DNA from: Polymyxa betae A26-41
Taxonomy: Eukaryota; Protista; Endomyxa: Phytomyxea
Direction of reading: 5' to 3'
DNA length: 51,578 bases
Assembly: GCA_003693705.1 (NCBI GenBank)
Contig: RBZT01000661.1
Location: 1 to 51,578, forward strand
Below, in pieces: positions 35,096 to 47,188 of this stretch (positions are counted from its first letter, which is position 1; each line of letters begins with the position of its first letter). The position numbers and the translations under genes were made by a program. The notes beneath the pieces are model-generated. The model saw only the letters and a list, made by a program, of their open reading frames with translations. It had not been told where the DNA came from and did no database searches.

Positions 35096-35260
35096 CCTTC
35101 GTATCCGTTTCCGCGGTTCGAGCGAGTGACCTCGTAGCTCTAGGATTTAGTTATGAATTGGTTATTAATAACTGCTATTGAAGAAGTAGCCCTATGGCGG
35201 TGACTCCGTCTGTCTGGCGGTGCCCTGCCTGACACCGTTACCTTGCCTGCAATCACCAGG
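34761..35260 (+). repeat. Right arm of inverted duplication (partner 29875-30414)
   Basis: Covers the 3' end of lipase C and downstream sequence identical to the region just upstream of the lipase B ATG. Confidence 0.95.
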
Positions 35261-35766
35261 TATCGGATTTGCAATGTGATGAACGATTCAATATCAAAAA
35301 CGCATGACTACTGGAATCCGGCGAGAGTTAGGGTTGTGTAGATAATATTCTGACTCATTCAGCCCAATTTTATCCAATTGACACAAGTTGCCGATAGCAA
35401 ACGTGGTTTGCAATCACGTTCAGTTTTCGGCATCACAGGCGCTCGCCGCACAGCAATGATGCATCGGACCTTGTAAGACGATACTGTATTTACAGAAATT
35501 CCTGCTATTAGTTCTACCAGGAGGGCTGCAGGTTGTCTCTTTGCTCATGCTGGGATTATTCAATCGGATGTTTGTCAAGGCTATTGAACCATGAATGGAC
35601 TAGTCATCAGAGATTGATCTGGCTGAGACCATCGGAAGGATTTCTGTATCATCAGCGTCGATATTTGTGTAGCTTGCTCGCACGACGAACTCCGTTGCGG
35701 TGTCCGTGCGGCTCAATCGAGCTCCCCAGATCGGTCAGCCGATTCCCTTGGAAGAAGCAATCGCTG

Positions 35767-37393
35767 ATGGGCGGCTTGAGTGTCCTGTCTCAGGCCAGTC
35801 AACCTCTCCCTCGCCGCCTCGCTTTTGTCCGGCCTCGCTCCCTCCAGAACGGCCTGATTCAAGCCGACCCGAAACCTGCGGCCGCCGGCACGAAGCCCTC
35901 GGCTCGCCTTCCCATCAGCACACGTTGGAGCCAGACGTTCGGGGCAGCGACGGGCCTGCATAACCTCGGCAACACTTGCTTCCTGAACAGTATTCTGCAA
36001 TGCCTGACGCATACGGCGCCGCTCGCCAACTACGTACTGGCCCATGCGGGATCGCGACCCGCCTGCAAGAAGCAGTTCTGTTTTCTGTGTTTCCTGAAGG
36101 GGCACGTTACCGGCGCTCTGGCCGGTGGCCAGGCTCGCGCTCCTCGCGCCCTCGTGTCCAATCTGCGCCTGTTGTCGCGAAGCTTCCGCCCGGGTCGCCA
36201 GGAGGACGCCCACGAGTTCTTGTGTAAGTGCCTGGAGGCGCTCGAGAAGAGCTGCCAGCCGAAGCTCGTCGACGCCGTATTCGGTGGACGGTTTCGATCC
36301 CGGGTCCACTGCCAGGACTGCTCGTTCGCATCCGATGCGTTCGATCCGTTCCAGGATATCTCGCTGGAGATCATCCGGGCCAGCTCGGTCGTGGCGGCCC
36401 TGAAGCATTTCACGGCACCCGAGATCCTCTCGGGCAACAACAAGTACCTGTGCAGCGGTTGCAAGCGACGGGTCATCGCCGATAAACGCCTCACCATCGA
36501 TCAGGCGCCGCCCGTCCTCACCGTCCAACTGAAACGATTCATGTACACGGGCGCGAAGATCGGCAAACCGGTCCAGTACGACCATCGGCTGGACCTGGGA
36601 CCTTTCCTGAGCGACCCGGAACAGAATATCGTGTACAATCTGTTCGGTCTTGTTGTGCATATCGGGTCGGGACCTCGATCTGGTCATTACGTGGCTTATG
36701 TGAAGAGCGCCACCGGTCTCTGGTATCTCATGGATGATTCCAGCGTCCGGAAGGTCGCCGCTGATGCTGTATGTGAAACGCTGTTATGTTCGCCCTCTTT
36801 GTAGATGCTGAGATCACAATCAGGTGTTGAAAGAGAAGCCCTATCTGCTATTCTATGTCCGTGATTCGGAAGAGCCTGCGGCGCCCGAACCGACGAAGAT
36901 AGTTCCCAGGCAGTCTGAACCATTGGAAAGTGCGGCCGAAGAGGTCGTCGAGCCCGAGAATGACGACCTTCCTCAAGTTGCAAGTGGTGGTGAAGCGGTT
37001 GTGAACGCGAACGCGGGCGGTGAAACAGCTGCCACGTCCTCTATTGAGAACGTCGAATGCATTGTTCGCCGAAGGATATCTACGCCTAAAGAATGGCGGT
37101 ATCGTCGGTTGACGCCTACCAGTGTTCCTTCTGGGAAGGTCGTCATGCGAACCTTGAAAACATTCAAATCGGTTCAGCCCGCTTCGATTGCTGCGTGGGA
37201 AGAAAACGCAGATCAATCGGCAAAAACACGCATCCTGAGAGAACATCGCGCTCAGACTGTTATAGCACAGAAGTCTGTATATGATTATGAATACGACCAA
37301 GGGAAAGTCAGGAAGGTGAAGAAGCGCCAATATCTGGATAATAGTACGAACCATTTTCAAGAGGTCGTTAACAAAAGAATACGCTCTGTGTAA
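35767..37393 (+). CDS. Ubiquitin-specific protease, USP36/USP42/UBP23-like (peptidase C19)
   Basis: Cys box GLHNLGNTCFLNSILQCL, QEDAHEF, His box GHYVAYV...MDD, PYLLFY, and C-terminal YDYEYDQGKVRKVK...NHFQ. Intron 36769-36823. Start assigned to the first in-frame ATG. Confidence 0.9.
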
Positions 37394-37422
37394 TCTGTAA
37401 CTATTTCAATGGTTTTCATGCC

Positions 37423-38736
37423 TTAACTAAAACCAGATGTGTCGTTTATGTGGACATTGCTCCTACTGGCTTTGTGTCTCCTGTTTAAGTCTTTGGTTAT
37501 CGCTTGTAGAACTTCTTCATCGTCGGAATTACTGGAAATATTGACGGGATGCAGACCGTCGTCTTCTTGACCTTGCAAGTTGATGGTCTCCAAGGCTTGC
37601 AAAAGAGATACGTCATTATGCAAGTACAGTAATGTCTCAAAGTGATCACGATGATTATTGAGTTCTTTAATCAAGGCTTGTTCGTCATCACTATCAACAC
37701 CATCACTACTGGGTCCCAGATTTGCAGCATCGGCTGGTGGAGGAGAATCCATGCTTCCTCCCTTACCAGATGTACTTGCTTGCAAGACGCGTTCATTTTG
37801 AAGACAGCATTTGCAAACGGTTTGCATTTCTGAAGATTGACGATCTTCTGATTTTGTTTCGCTGCTATTGCAGCTTCTGTCATCGACTGGATCTGGCTTG
37901 CAATGCTTGTTTGCTGGTTTCGAAACGTTTTTAAAATTTTGAATGTCCAGAAGGCGTTTCAGCCTTTGGTTTTCTTCAGCCAGATTGTTAGATGCGACAG
38001 CAATGCGTTCAGTTTCAGTTGCCCTAATGTTAAGGGTGCTCTCTGGACAATTTGCGTCTAATACAGGCCGATCTGATTTCTGATTAACAGCGTTGGTTTC
38101 GAAATTTTTTTCGATTTGCTGCTTCATATTCTCCAATTCTTTCGTCAGATCATCTATTTTACGATCTCTTTCTGTCTTTTCAGCCTCCTGCTGATGAACT
38201 TTTTCCTTGTATATTTTCAATAAAGCTAGCGAAGATGAGAAATGTGTCTTGAGTTCTATCTGAAAATTATTTTCGCTTTCCGATTGGTAACGTAGTTGCA
38301 GTACCTTTGGTTTGATTTTGAATTTTCTGATTATGCTGCTGAATCGAATTAAGTTCTTGGTCAAACCTCATCTTCTCTTTCTTAACGTTCATCGCCTCTT
38401 GAGAATATTCAGCTTTTAAGGTGATTAGTTTGCGAATAAGGGCGCCTAGTTAACGTCAGAGAGGAATGAGAGATGATTCAGCTTCATACCGATTTTGCTT
38501 TTATCTTCCTGACAAAGCTGAGAGAAGGTCAAATTACTCGTGTTCGGGTCCACATTTTCAGAGACACTGCCGCTCTCAGAAGCTACAGACGACGGTGCAT
38601 TCTGCAATTGTTGTTTCACCACGCTTTCAGCTTTCGGTTTTGCTTTTAGCTGTGGTTTTAGCGCCACAGCACTTGCGGCGCTACTTCGAACGGGTTTACC
38701 TGCGATCCAGACAAGATCGCGCCCATTTCCACCCAT
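37423..38736 (-). CDS. Hinderin/KIAA1328-like coiled-coil protein
   Basis: Spliced FSQLCQEDKSKIGALIRKL...ELKTHFSSSLALLKIYKEKV resembles the KIAA1328 motif L.DLC.EDK.RIA.LI.EL...LL.LYQ. Confidence 0.65.
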
Positions 38737-39066
38737 CTGGCTTCAATGCGAAATCTATCTATTAACCATATATCGCACCATTGTAATGAAGCAAAGGACA
38801 GAAATCGAGATGTAACATAAACAGTAGACAGCGCAGCCTGCGCCTATAAAAACTTTGTCAAAATCCGTTGCCGACATGATATAATGGCAGGGCTTGGAAA
38901 ACGAACAATCCGAGGCAAACGTATCAACTTGAGCAAAGTTAAACAGCAAGACCGAGTGATATTTTGGTTGCTTTAACGGACTGAAGAGATCACTCCCGCG
39001 GCGACCGCTCGGGTTGTTTTTTTGTGCACACTAGCGTACTTGCCCTTTTAACAAGTCGTCGTCGTC

Positions 39067-39911
39067 ATGCGCTCTCGTTCGGTGTATCTATGGTGGCCGA
39101 ACCTAATCGGTGACGCAGCAGTCCTGATGCAACTGCTGTCGTCTAATTAGTTAATAGGGTATTTTCGGATACTGACGCTTTGGGCGGCGATGTATGTTTG
39201 CATGAGCAGACCGATTCTAACTGGTATATTATATTCGACATCTCAGCTTCTGGATGCTGCTGATGGTACTGTTGCTCGTGCTTATAATCAATGCTCTCAA
39301 TTTGGTAAGCAATTGAACACAAGTTCTTGCTTTTCTTACTGTCGTGACAGGTGCCTTGCTGGATATGTTAACTGACAGGATGTCAACTTCATGTATAATT
39401 TCGTTTTTCTTAAGCAACATAATTTAGTTGTTTTCAGGCCTGCTGATGGCCATGGCAGTTAAGGACCCTCTATCCTGGCACATTTACACGTTTGTCATGG
39501 TGTTAGATCTGGTTTCACATTGGGCACAGATGTATAGGTAAGCACCGATGTATAATTCCAGTCAAACCATTTTATATGCTTGCAGTACGTTGATGGTTGG
39601 TGGTAAGTCCCATAAAGAAAACAATACTAATCCCATCATGAAGCTATATTACGTAAAACCGATTCTTTTCACGTTCTGTCTTGGTAATGAAGCGTAAGAG
39701 ACTTCAGAGCTGCGCTATAATCTATTAATTTCGCATTAGCTATATTGTTGCAAGTTATCTGTCAATGTTTTTCCCTAAGAGCGCTTTCCTCTACTGCACG
39801 CTCATGTTGGCGTTCCCTATCTTCCTCGGCAAAAACCTCATCAATGTCGTCCAGTTAATTCAATCATCAAACCGACTCGTTGCTTTAGACTCGACCACTG
39901 CTAAGAACTAG
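39067..39911 (+). CDS. PIS1: Phosphatidylinositol synthase (CDP-alcohol phosphatidyltransferase)
   Basis: VYLWWPNLIGYFR, LLDAADGTVARAYNQCSQFGALLDMLTDR, LDLVSHW, SHK and CLGNE motifs. Five introns. Confidence 0.95.
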
Positions 39912-40250
39912 AATAAATGTTTACAAATCCATTGGGCAGTATTCCTGTTCCTGATCGATTTTGTGAGGCTTTCAATGTCGCTAATCGATGGACGTTGTAC
40001 AGTAGAGTGCGCATCTGTGGGACTGCACAACTATCGAGTTGACGATTGTAAGACTGCGAGAGCCGCAAGCAGGCTTGGTGAGCGACTGAGTCAGCGTCTC
40101 TCTTTCAGTCGTGACGATCGGGAGATTCTTCGTATTGTCGACATTATTCGTTGGCACCAATCCCGGTCGAGACTTTCTCCCGATAGGCGGTTACTTAAGA
40201 TTGATCTGTATAATATTTATTCTTGGCTGATCATACCGAATTGTAATTCG

Positions 40251-42856
40251 ATGTCGATATCATTGCAACGCGGCGTCGTCCACAATTATCAAAGATTGCC
40301 AGACGAAAATGGCGACATAGCTCCGAGACCCAAGGTCCCGGTAACCAAAGTCGAGCTATTGGCCAAGGCATGGGAAATTGTCTGGCCCAAAGACGACACC
40401 ACTATGCGGATACGATTCGTCTTTAGTATTGCTCTATTAGTAGTTGGGAAGATATTAGACTTGGCTCCCCCATTTGCGTATGTTATGGCTGTTTATTAAA
40501 CAGGGAGGCTCCTTATCACTCTCTACAGATTGAAACTCATCATCGATTCATTAACGTCGGCGTCTGGTCCCCAGTTTCCGACCGCTGGCTTGGCATGCTT
40601 CGGTATTGCCAGATTCCTGTCTGCTGCGATCGGAGAGATTCGCAATATCATCTTTGCTACGGTTGGCTTATTATCTGATTGCCCATCTGCGCTGAGTTTA
40701 GAGCTTAGGTGTCTGCAAATGCTGAGCGAACGGTGGCATTGGAAGTTATGGAGCATTTAATGAACCTTTCTTATCGGTTCCATGTAAACCGGAAAACGGG
40801 ATCGTAATTTTGTTTCTGGCTGTTATGACTGCTTTGAAGCTGATCTTTGGTCAGGATTCTTCGATCTGTCTCCCGTGGAGCGTCGTCTTTTGGCGATGTC
40901 ATGAGAACATTACTTTTCAATCTTCTGCCCGTTGTCCTGCAAGTGACTGCTGTCTGTATTCTTTTATTCTTACGTTATGACTGGTCGTGTATGCTTAATC
41001 ATTGTTTGTGTCCTTTGTTATGAACCCTCTATCTAGTTGCTTCCATTACGTTTTTAACAATTGCCATATATTTTGTATACACAATAATGACAACGAAATG
41101 GAGGGATAGCCATCGCCGAAATCTAACAGAAAAGGATAATCAATACAATCAGAGAGCTACAGATGCTCTTCTGAACTACGAAACTGTCAAATACTTCAAC
41201 GCAGAAGTAATGTGTAAGATCTTTGCAATTCATTTTCTGAACCATTGATTAAGGAGCATGAAAAGCATCGTTATGATCACTCGCTGCAAGAGTTTCGAAC
41301 TGCTTCGATTCTCTCTCAAGAATCTCTCAGCGTCTTGAACATTGGACAGAATTTCATCATATCGCTTGGTGTGGTCACTGCGATGGTGCTGGCTGCTGGT
41401 CAAGTCCTTCGCGGAAAGCAATCCGTCGGTGATTTCATAATGTAATTTTGTTTCTAGAGCAGTTAGTTTTGCTGGTCTCTCAGCTGTGATTAGGATTCAG
41501 CAATTCATTCTCACTTTATATACACCTTTGGGTTTCCTGGGAACGTATTGGAGAATGATCAACCAGTCCTTGGTGGATGTCGAAGCTCTTCTCAAGCTAT
41601 TAGATGAACCAGTTGAGGTTACACATTTGTTTCCTATTTTTGCGATTTGCTGCATATCGATGTAAATCCTTTTCGATTAGATTCGTGATCTTCCGTTAGC
41701 TCGACCTCTCGAACCAAAACGAGGCCACTTGGTCTTCAAGAATGTGTCGTTCGGATATTGTCAGTCTTGTTCTAGCTGTTTGCTTCTCGCTTAGTTTGTT
41801 TTTAGCACCAAATCATCCCATCCTCAAAAATATATCATTCGAAGTTAAGCCTGGACAGAGAGTTGCAGTCGTTGGGTAAGAGTGCTCAAAAATTTATCAG
41901 GTATTTTGGCTGAATTGGGTGATCAGGGCTTCGGGTGCCGGCAAAAGCACGATTTGTCGTTTAATTTTTAGATTTTATGACGCCATCGGCGGCGAGATTC
42001 TTCTCGATGGACAAAATATAGCTCACGTCAAACAACATTCTCTGCGAAGTGAGCTCAGCCATTTACACTTGTGAAGCGGCGATTTGAACTGAATCTTACA
42101 GAGCATATCGGCATCGTACCTCAGGATTGCGTTCTCTTCAACGATTCTTTGGCTTACAATATCGGTTATGGCATCAAGTCCAAGCAGCTGGCCGATGCCA
42201 CTCAGGAGCAGATTGAACAAGCTGTAAGGCAAATGGGACAATATATTAATGAGTCTGATAGTCGTATGTTAGGCCAAAGCAGCATCAATCCACGATTTTA
42301 TAATGCGCCAGCCCGAAGGGTATCAGACGCTTTGCGGTGAACGTGGTGTGAGGTTGGCTTTTTCTTGACGAGCAATGTAGGCAGCATAGTGACTTGTTTG
42401 GGTATAGGCTGAGTGGGGGAGAGCGTCAGCGTATTGCTATTGCACGAGCGATCTTGAAAGACCCGATGCTCATGCTCTATGACGAAGCTACAAGCTCTCT
42501 AGACACCGTTACTGAACAGGCCATCCAGGTTGGTTTTTGGCAAACTGCTCCATTTCTATATTCATTCGTTCAAATAGGAATCACTTGATGAGATTGCTGA
42601 GGGACGCTCGGTCTTAATCGTTGCTCATCGTCTATCGACTATTGTGCACAGCGACAACATCATTGTATTAAAAGAAGGCAGCATAGTTGAACAAGGTTCG
42701 CATGGACAATTACTAAAATTAGATGGTGTCTATGCTGATATGTGGAGAAGACAACAGCACAAAGCAGAATGTAAGTTGCAGCATTGATTCTGGGAATGTT
42801 TTTTCTCAATGTTGCAAATAGTGGAGAGTTCTCTGGCCGAATTAGGAAGCCTATAA
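40251..42856 (+). CDS. ABCB half-transporter, ATM1/ABCB7/HMT1 type
   Basis: [30 protein letters not shown], Walker [45 protein letters not shown] and AHRLST. Many short introns. Confidence 0.92.
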
Positions 42857-43178
42857 ATCATACAAATTCATTTATTATGTGTACATTTGTTTCTGCATCT
42901 CTACGAGCATACATTTGTTCGTTTGTTTGCGTTATTTCGGTTTTGAAAAAGAGCTTTTTCAGAATAGTCGTATACTGTACTGTTATATCATTCATTTGTA
43001 GTCTTCTAAGCGCTCCATCAAAAAAATTCGTTCTCCGGGTAAAAGTGCAATCTGATAGTTAATGTTGGACATAAAGGTGATTTCTTTCGTCACATCGGAC
43101 CTTTCAAATTCCGTCTGTTGCTCTTCAGGAAGAACTAAGAATGAACTGGGACCTAACGATTCGCAGTATTTGGTGCCA

Positions 43179-44089
43179 ATGTTTCGTTCAGGGCGTGTTC
43201 TGAGCTGGTTATTCAAGACGTCCTGGCGAACCTTAACTGTTGCCACATTCTACCGATCCGCTTCAGGTCAAGCCTGGACTTCGGGCTTGGTCCCTATATC
43301 AGCGTCCCAATTCAGTCAGCCTCAATCAGCTAAGTCCTTATCACAGAAGGCGGAACAGCTCAGCAAAAATGGCGATTGGGCCCAAGCTGTTCAGATTTAC
43401 AACCAAATTTTAGTGCTGGCTGTTTCGGCACATGGAAGCAAATCATGGAATGTGATCGAACCTACGCGCGACCTTTGCTGGGCGATTCACCGGCATTCAG
43501 AGACCAATCCTGAAAATCAAGATGATCTGAGAATGGCATCTGTCCTATTACATCAAGCATATCGTAAGTCAAAGAGCAAACTTGTAATCTTCTTAATTGA
43601 GAGAAGCGAATATGTGCAGATATTGCAGGTAGCGCGGAAATCGGAGAAGACAGGCGCCAGACAGAAATGGCAGCTATCTGTGAGCAGTTATCTGCAGTCT
43701 GGCTAGAGCTGGATAAACCAGAAAATGCTGTGCAATGGATCGAAAAAGGCCTGTCTCATCTCTCTCAATCTGCTTGCAGAGACGACCATCTGGCACGCTT
43801 CTCCACTTTCTATTCTGCCTGCTTAAATCAAAGCCGCCGATTTCATGAAGCAGAAATTGTTTCTAAAAGGGTCATCACCATGGCAAAAGCCGATTCGGAA
43901 AACATGTGTCTGGCGTATTACGAACTCGGCAATGCGATATTAGCGGATGCCTCCAGGGCAGATGAAGCAGCTTCTGCTTTCAAGAAAGCCATCCAGATAG
44001 CCAGGAAACGTGGAGCCTCTCTGAAATCAGTTCGGTTGGACATAGAATCGAAATTAGCCCAGCTAGCAGATGTCCCAAACGAAATATAA
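43179..44089 (+). CDS. TPR-repeat protein with mitochondrial-presequence-like N-terminus
   Basis: MFRSGRVLSWLFKTSWRTLTVATFYRSAS, then TPR-like helices (GDWAQAVQIYNQIL, AYYELGNAI...ADEAASAFKKAI). One intron. Confidence 0.65.
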
Positions 44090-44331
44090 AATCCCGGTTT
44101 GTGAGAACTGAAGGGGTGCGCCCCGTGGTCATTAGAGAGGCACCTCTCCTCATTACAGGGTGTGTCTCTCTCATCGTAACATTACAGAGGCAGACGAGGG
44201 AGACTTCTTCTCCTCGGTTAAAGGATAGTCTGACCCTTTCTCTTAAGAAATCGTTTGGCCAGACTGCGAGCCAAGCGCCAGGTTTCTTGTCGTATTGCCT
44301 CCAGTCTCACAGGTCCCCAAGTTATTATTAG

Positions 44332-46903
44332 ATGGACCATCGGCCCAGTATCGACCCAGGCGATGCAATTGCGGCCCGATTGCTTCATGATGCGAAGCAA
44401 GTCCTGGTCACAGACGCCAACGCTCCAACGGCGTGGCTCAGGTTTCTTCGGCATTGTCAAAGGACGGACCGATTCTTTACGCCAGCTTCGAATTTGGCAT
44501 GGCATCAGTACGTTATCGATAAAGTGCTACCCAAAGATGTGCATAGAAAGAACTCAGACTATGCCCTGATATGGATTGGATTAGCTCAGGCATACGCGTA
44601 TGTCTCAACTGTCATCGAGACTAGGAGACTAATTTAATCTGCACAGAGTCAATGATAAACAAGAGGCTCGGATAACGTTCAAGTACATGAAACTTGAACG
44701 AATCGGATTGGATGTCTCTGCGTTTTACCAGGTTTGGAGCGACCTGGAATTGGCGATGGGAAATGTCGCCAAATCCAATGCGATCGTTGCTCAAGGTCGT
44801 CGCCGATTAACCGGTCAGGATACTCAGCAAATTACAGAAACTGTTCAGCTTCCTCCAGCTACCCCAATGCCCTTATCTAATGCTTCGGCATCATCGCCTT
44901 CAGGAGATTTAATGAATGTCTCAACCTGTGAATTAATTCGACCTCAAGATCCTGCTACCCCCCTTATCAATACCACTCCAATCGTACCATCTACAGAGCC
45001 GACACCAGCGGGGGGTTCTCAGTTGGCAACGCCATCGTCTCAGACGACTAGCAACAATACGGCGCCTATTCAAGCAGCACGGTCTTCCAGGCCTCCGTTA
45101 GCAACCAAAAAGTATGATTGGTCGCAATTATCACCTTCACCAGAGAAGAAGCCCCCTATCCCACATAATTCCAGCTCGACAAAAAAGAAGATTAGGTTCG
45201 AGGAAGGTGCCTTAATAAAAAAGCAAGACAAACAGCCTGAAAATCCTGTAAGAAAGGAGGATAGATCCCCTCCTGTTGAGAAGGAGAATAAATCTCCTCC
45301 TATACAACAACAGCAACCACAAGCAAGCATACCCAAGAAGTCTGCATCAAGCGAGTATCAATCCGTCATTGTCGGTCGGGATGCATATTTTGTTTGGCTA
45401 TCACTAAACGCTTTGCAGATCAATGGGCATTCGTACTTAGTACTGGACAGGGTCGGTCGAGGTGGAAGCGGCGAAGTATTCAAGGTGTGAAATTGTCATC
45501 TCTTCACGATCGATTTTATGACCCCATAGTTTTAGGTGGTTGCAAGTAGTAATCAACAGATTTATGCCTTGAAAAAGGTCAAACTAAACAACAGTGGGCC
45601 AGAAAGTCTGGACGCTATTCGAAATGAAATCACTCTGCTACAAAAGTTGAGAAGGAAGCCCAATATTATCGAGTTAATCGAGTCACAAGAAGTGCTTGCC
45701 AACAAGACGGTCTGGATGGTAGTAAAATTCCATATGTAACCACCACACAATGGTTGAAGACACTGTATAGGTTTTTGAGTTCGGGTAATTTTCTATCTCG
45801 GCCCTTGCTTCGCTGTCACCAACGGGGCTTTGCTCAGGGAAATCGATCTTGCTAAAATCCTCAGAAGTCGTAACAGCCAAGGCCTTCATGTTAATTATAT
45901 CCGAACGTGTAAGGCTTGCTATCTGTCGTGAGCATCCCAGGCTGAACCCTTAACTCAGATTGGCAACAAATGCTGGAGGCTGTGCAAACTATACATTGCG
46001 AACGTGTGGTTCATTCTGACTTGAAACCGGCCAATTTTATTATCGTAAAGGGAGTTCTCAAATTGATTGATTTTGGAATTGCTTGTGCTATGCAGAGTTG
46101 GTGCATCTGGCATTCTGATTTGAATATAATCTCACACGAGTCTAGGTGATGAGACGACCCATATTGTTCGTCATTCTCAAGTCGGCACCATCAATTATAT
46201 GTCACCTGAAGCAATTGCCGGGCCCACAGATCCTCAAACGGGGACGTATAAGGTATCAGTAAATGCTATTCGCTTTAGGCCAGTTGCTGACTTGCCTCTA
46301 GCTCGGCCGACCTAGCGACATTTGGTCATTGGGTTGCATTCTGTATCAGATGTAGGCAGTCCTGATGAAGCTGTAGATCTCTTTTTCAGAGTATTTTCTT
46401 AGGATTTTCGAAAAGCCCCCTTTCCATGAACTGAGCTTTGTTCAAAAAATTCATGCGATTACTGACGACAGGCATAAAATCGATTTCAATCTCCCTGCCC
46501 AGGTTCCAGCTGAACTTCTCCCTGATGCAATTGACATCATGAGGTATTTGAAATATATCATTCTATTCAGCATATTTCTGAAAAGCCCCGCCAGGGCATG
46601 CCTCTCTCGTAGTTCATCTAATCGCCCTACAATTCCCGAACTGCTTCAGCATCCCTTCTTGACCACGATCCCAAGGTCGCCGGCAATATCCCGAGATCAG
46701 CTACAATCGATTGTATCACATCTGCAAAATTTGATATTGCCGACGTCAGATGTCGATGCTATGTCAAAAATCGTTGATGTATATTTATTGCATTCCTATT
46801 AAATGTACTTGTGACGATTTTGCAGGAAATCTACTCTCAGTTGAAAATGGGGTCGCTTATCGATCTGGCGCAACTTCGATCTCAAACGCTATCCCCACCA
46901 TGA
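44332..46903 (+). CDS. MPS1: Mps1/TTK dual-specificity kinase
   Basis: N-terminal TPR-like domain, S/P-rich linker with a KEN motif, then [54 protein letters not shown] and [13 protein letters not shown]. Confidence 0.93.
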
Positions 46904-47188
46904 TTAGATACTGGATTTGTAAATACCCTACTATTGATCGATCTATTGACTTTATATCGATTTATTCGCCTTAATTAATATATCTATTTTTCAGCAGTCT
47001 GTTTTGCGATCGACTTCATGTCTTGTATCTGAATAGTACCAACGGACACCAGAATTATAATCTGCAGAGCGATTGAACGACAACAACAAGTCAGGGCGCT
47101 CTCGCAGCGTTGCAATTTTTCAACATGGACTATGTAGGGGCCGCCTGTCTGGAGAGATTGTACTTGGCTGTGTGACGATTATCATTGG

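Noticed and set aside
35713-36687. 324-aa minus-strand ORF
   Set aside because: Antisense shadow of the GC-rich USP exon.
21739-39911. PIG-Y and PI synthase in one window as a GPI-pathway cluster
   Set aside because: They are 17 kb apart with unrelated genes in between. Plausibly coincidence in a compact genome.
44105-44240. Resemblance to RNase MRP/P conserved regions on the minus strand
   Set aside because: P4 pairing is imperfect and the spacing too short. Kept only as an unassigned structured spacer.
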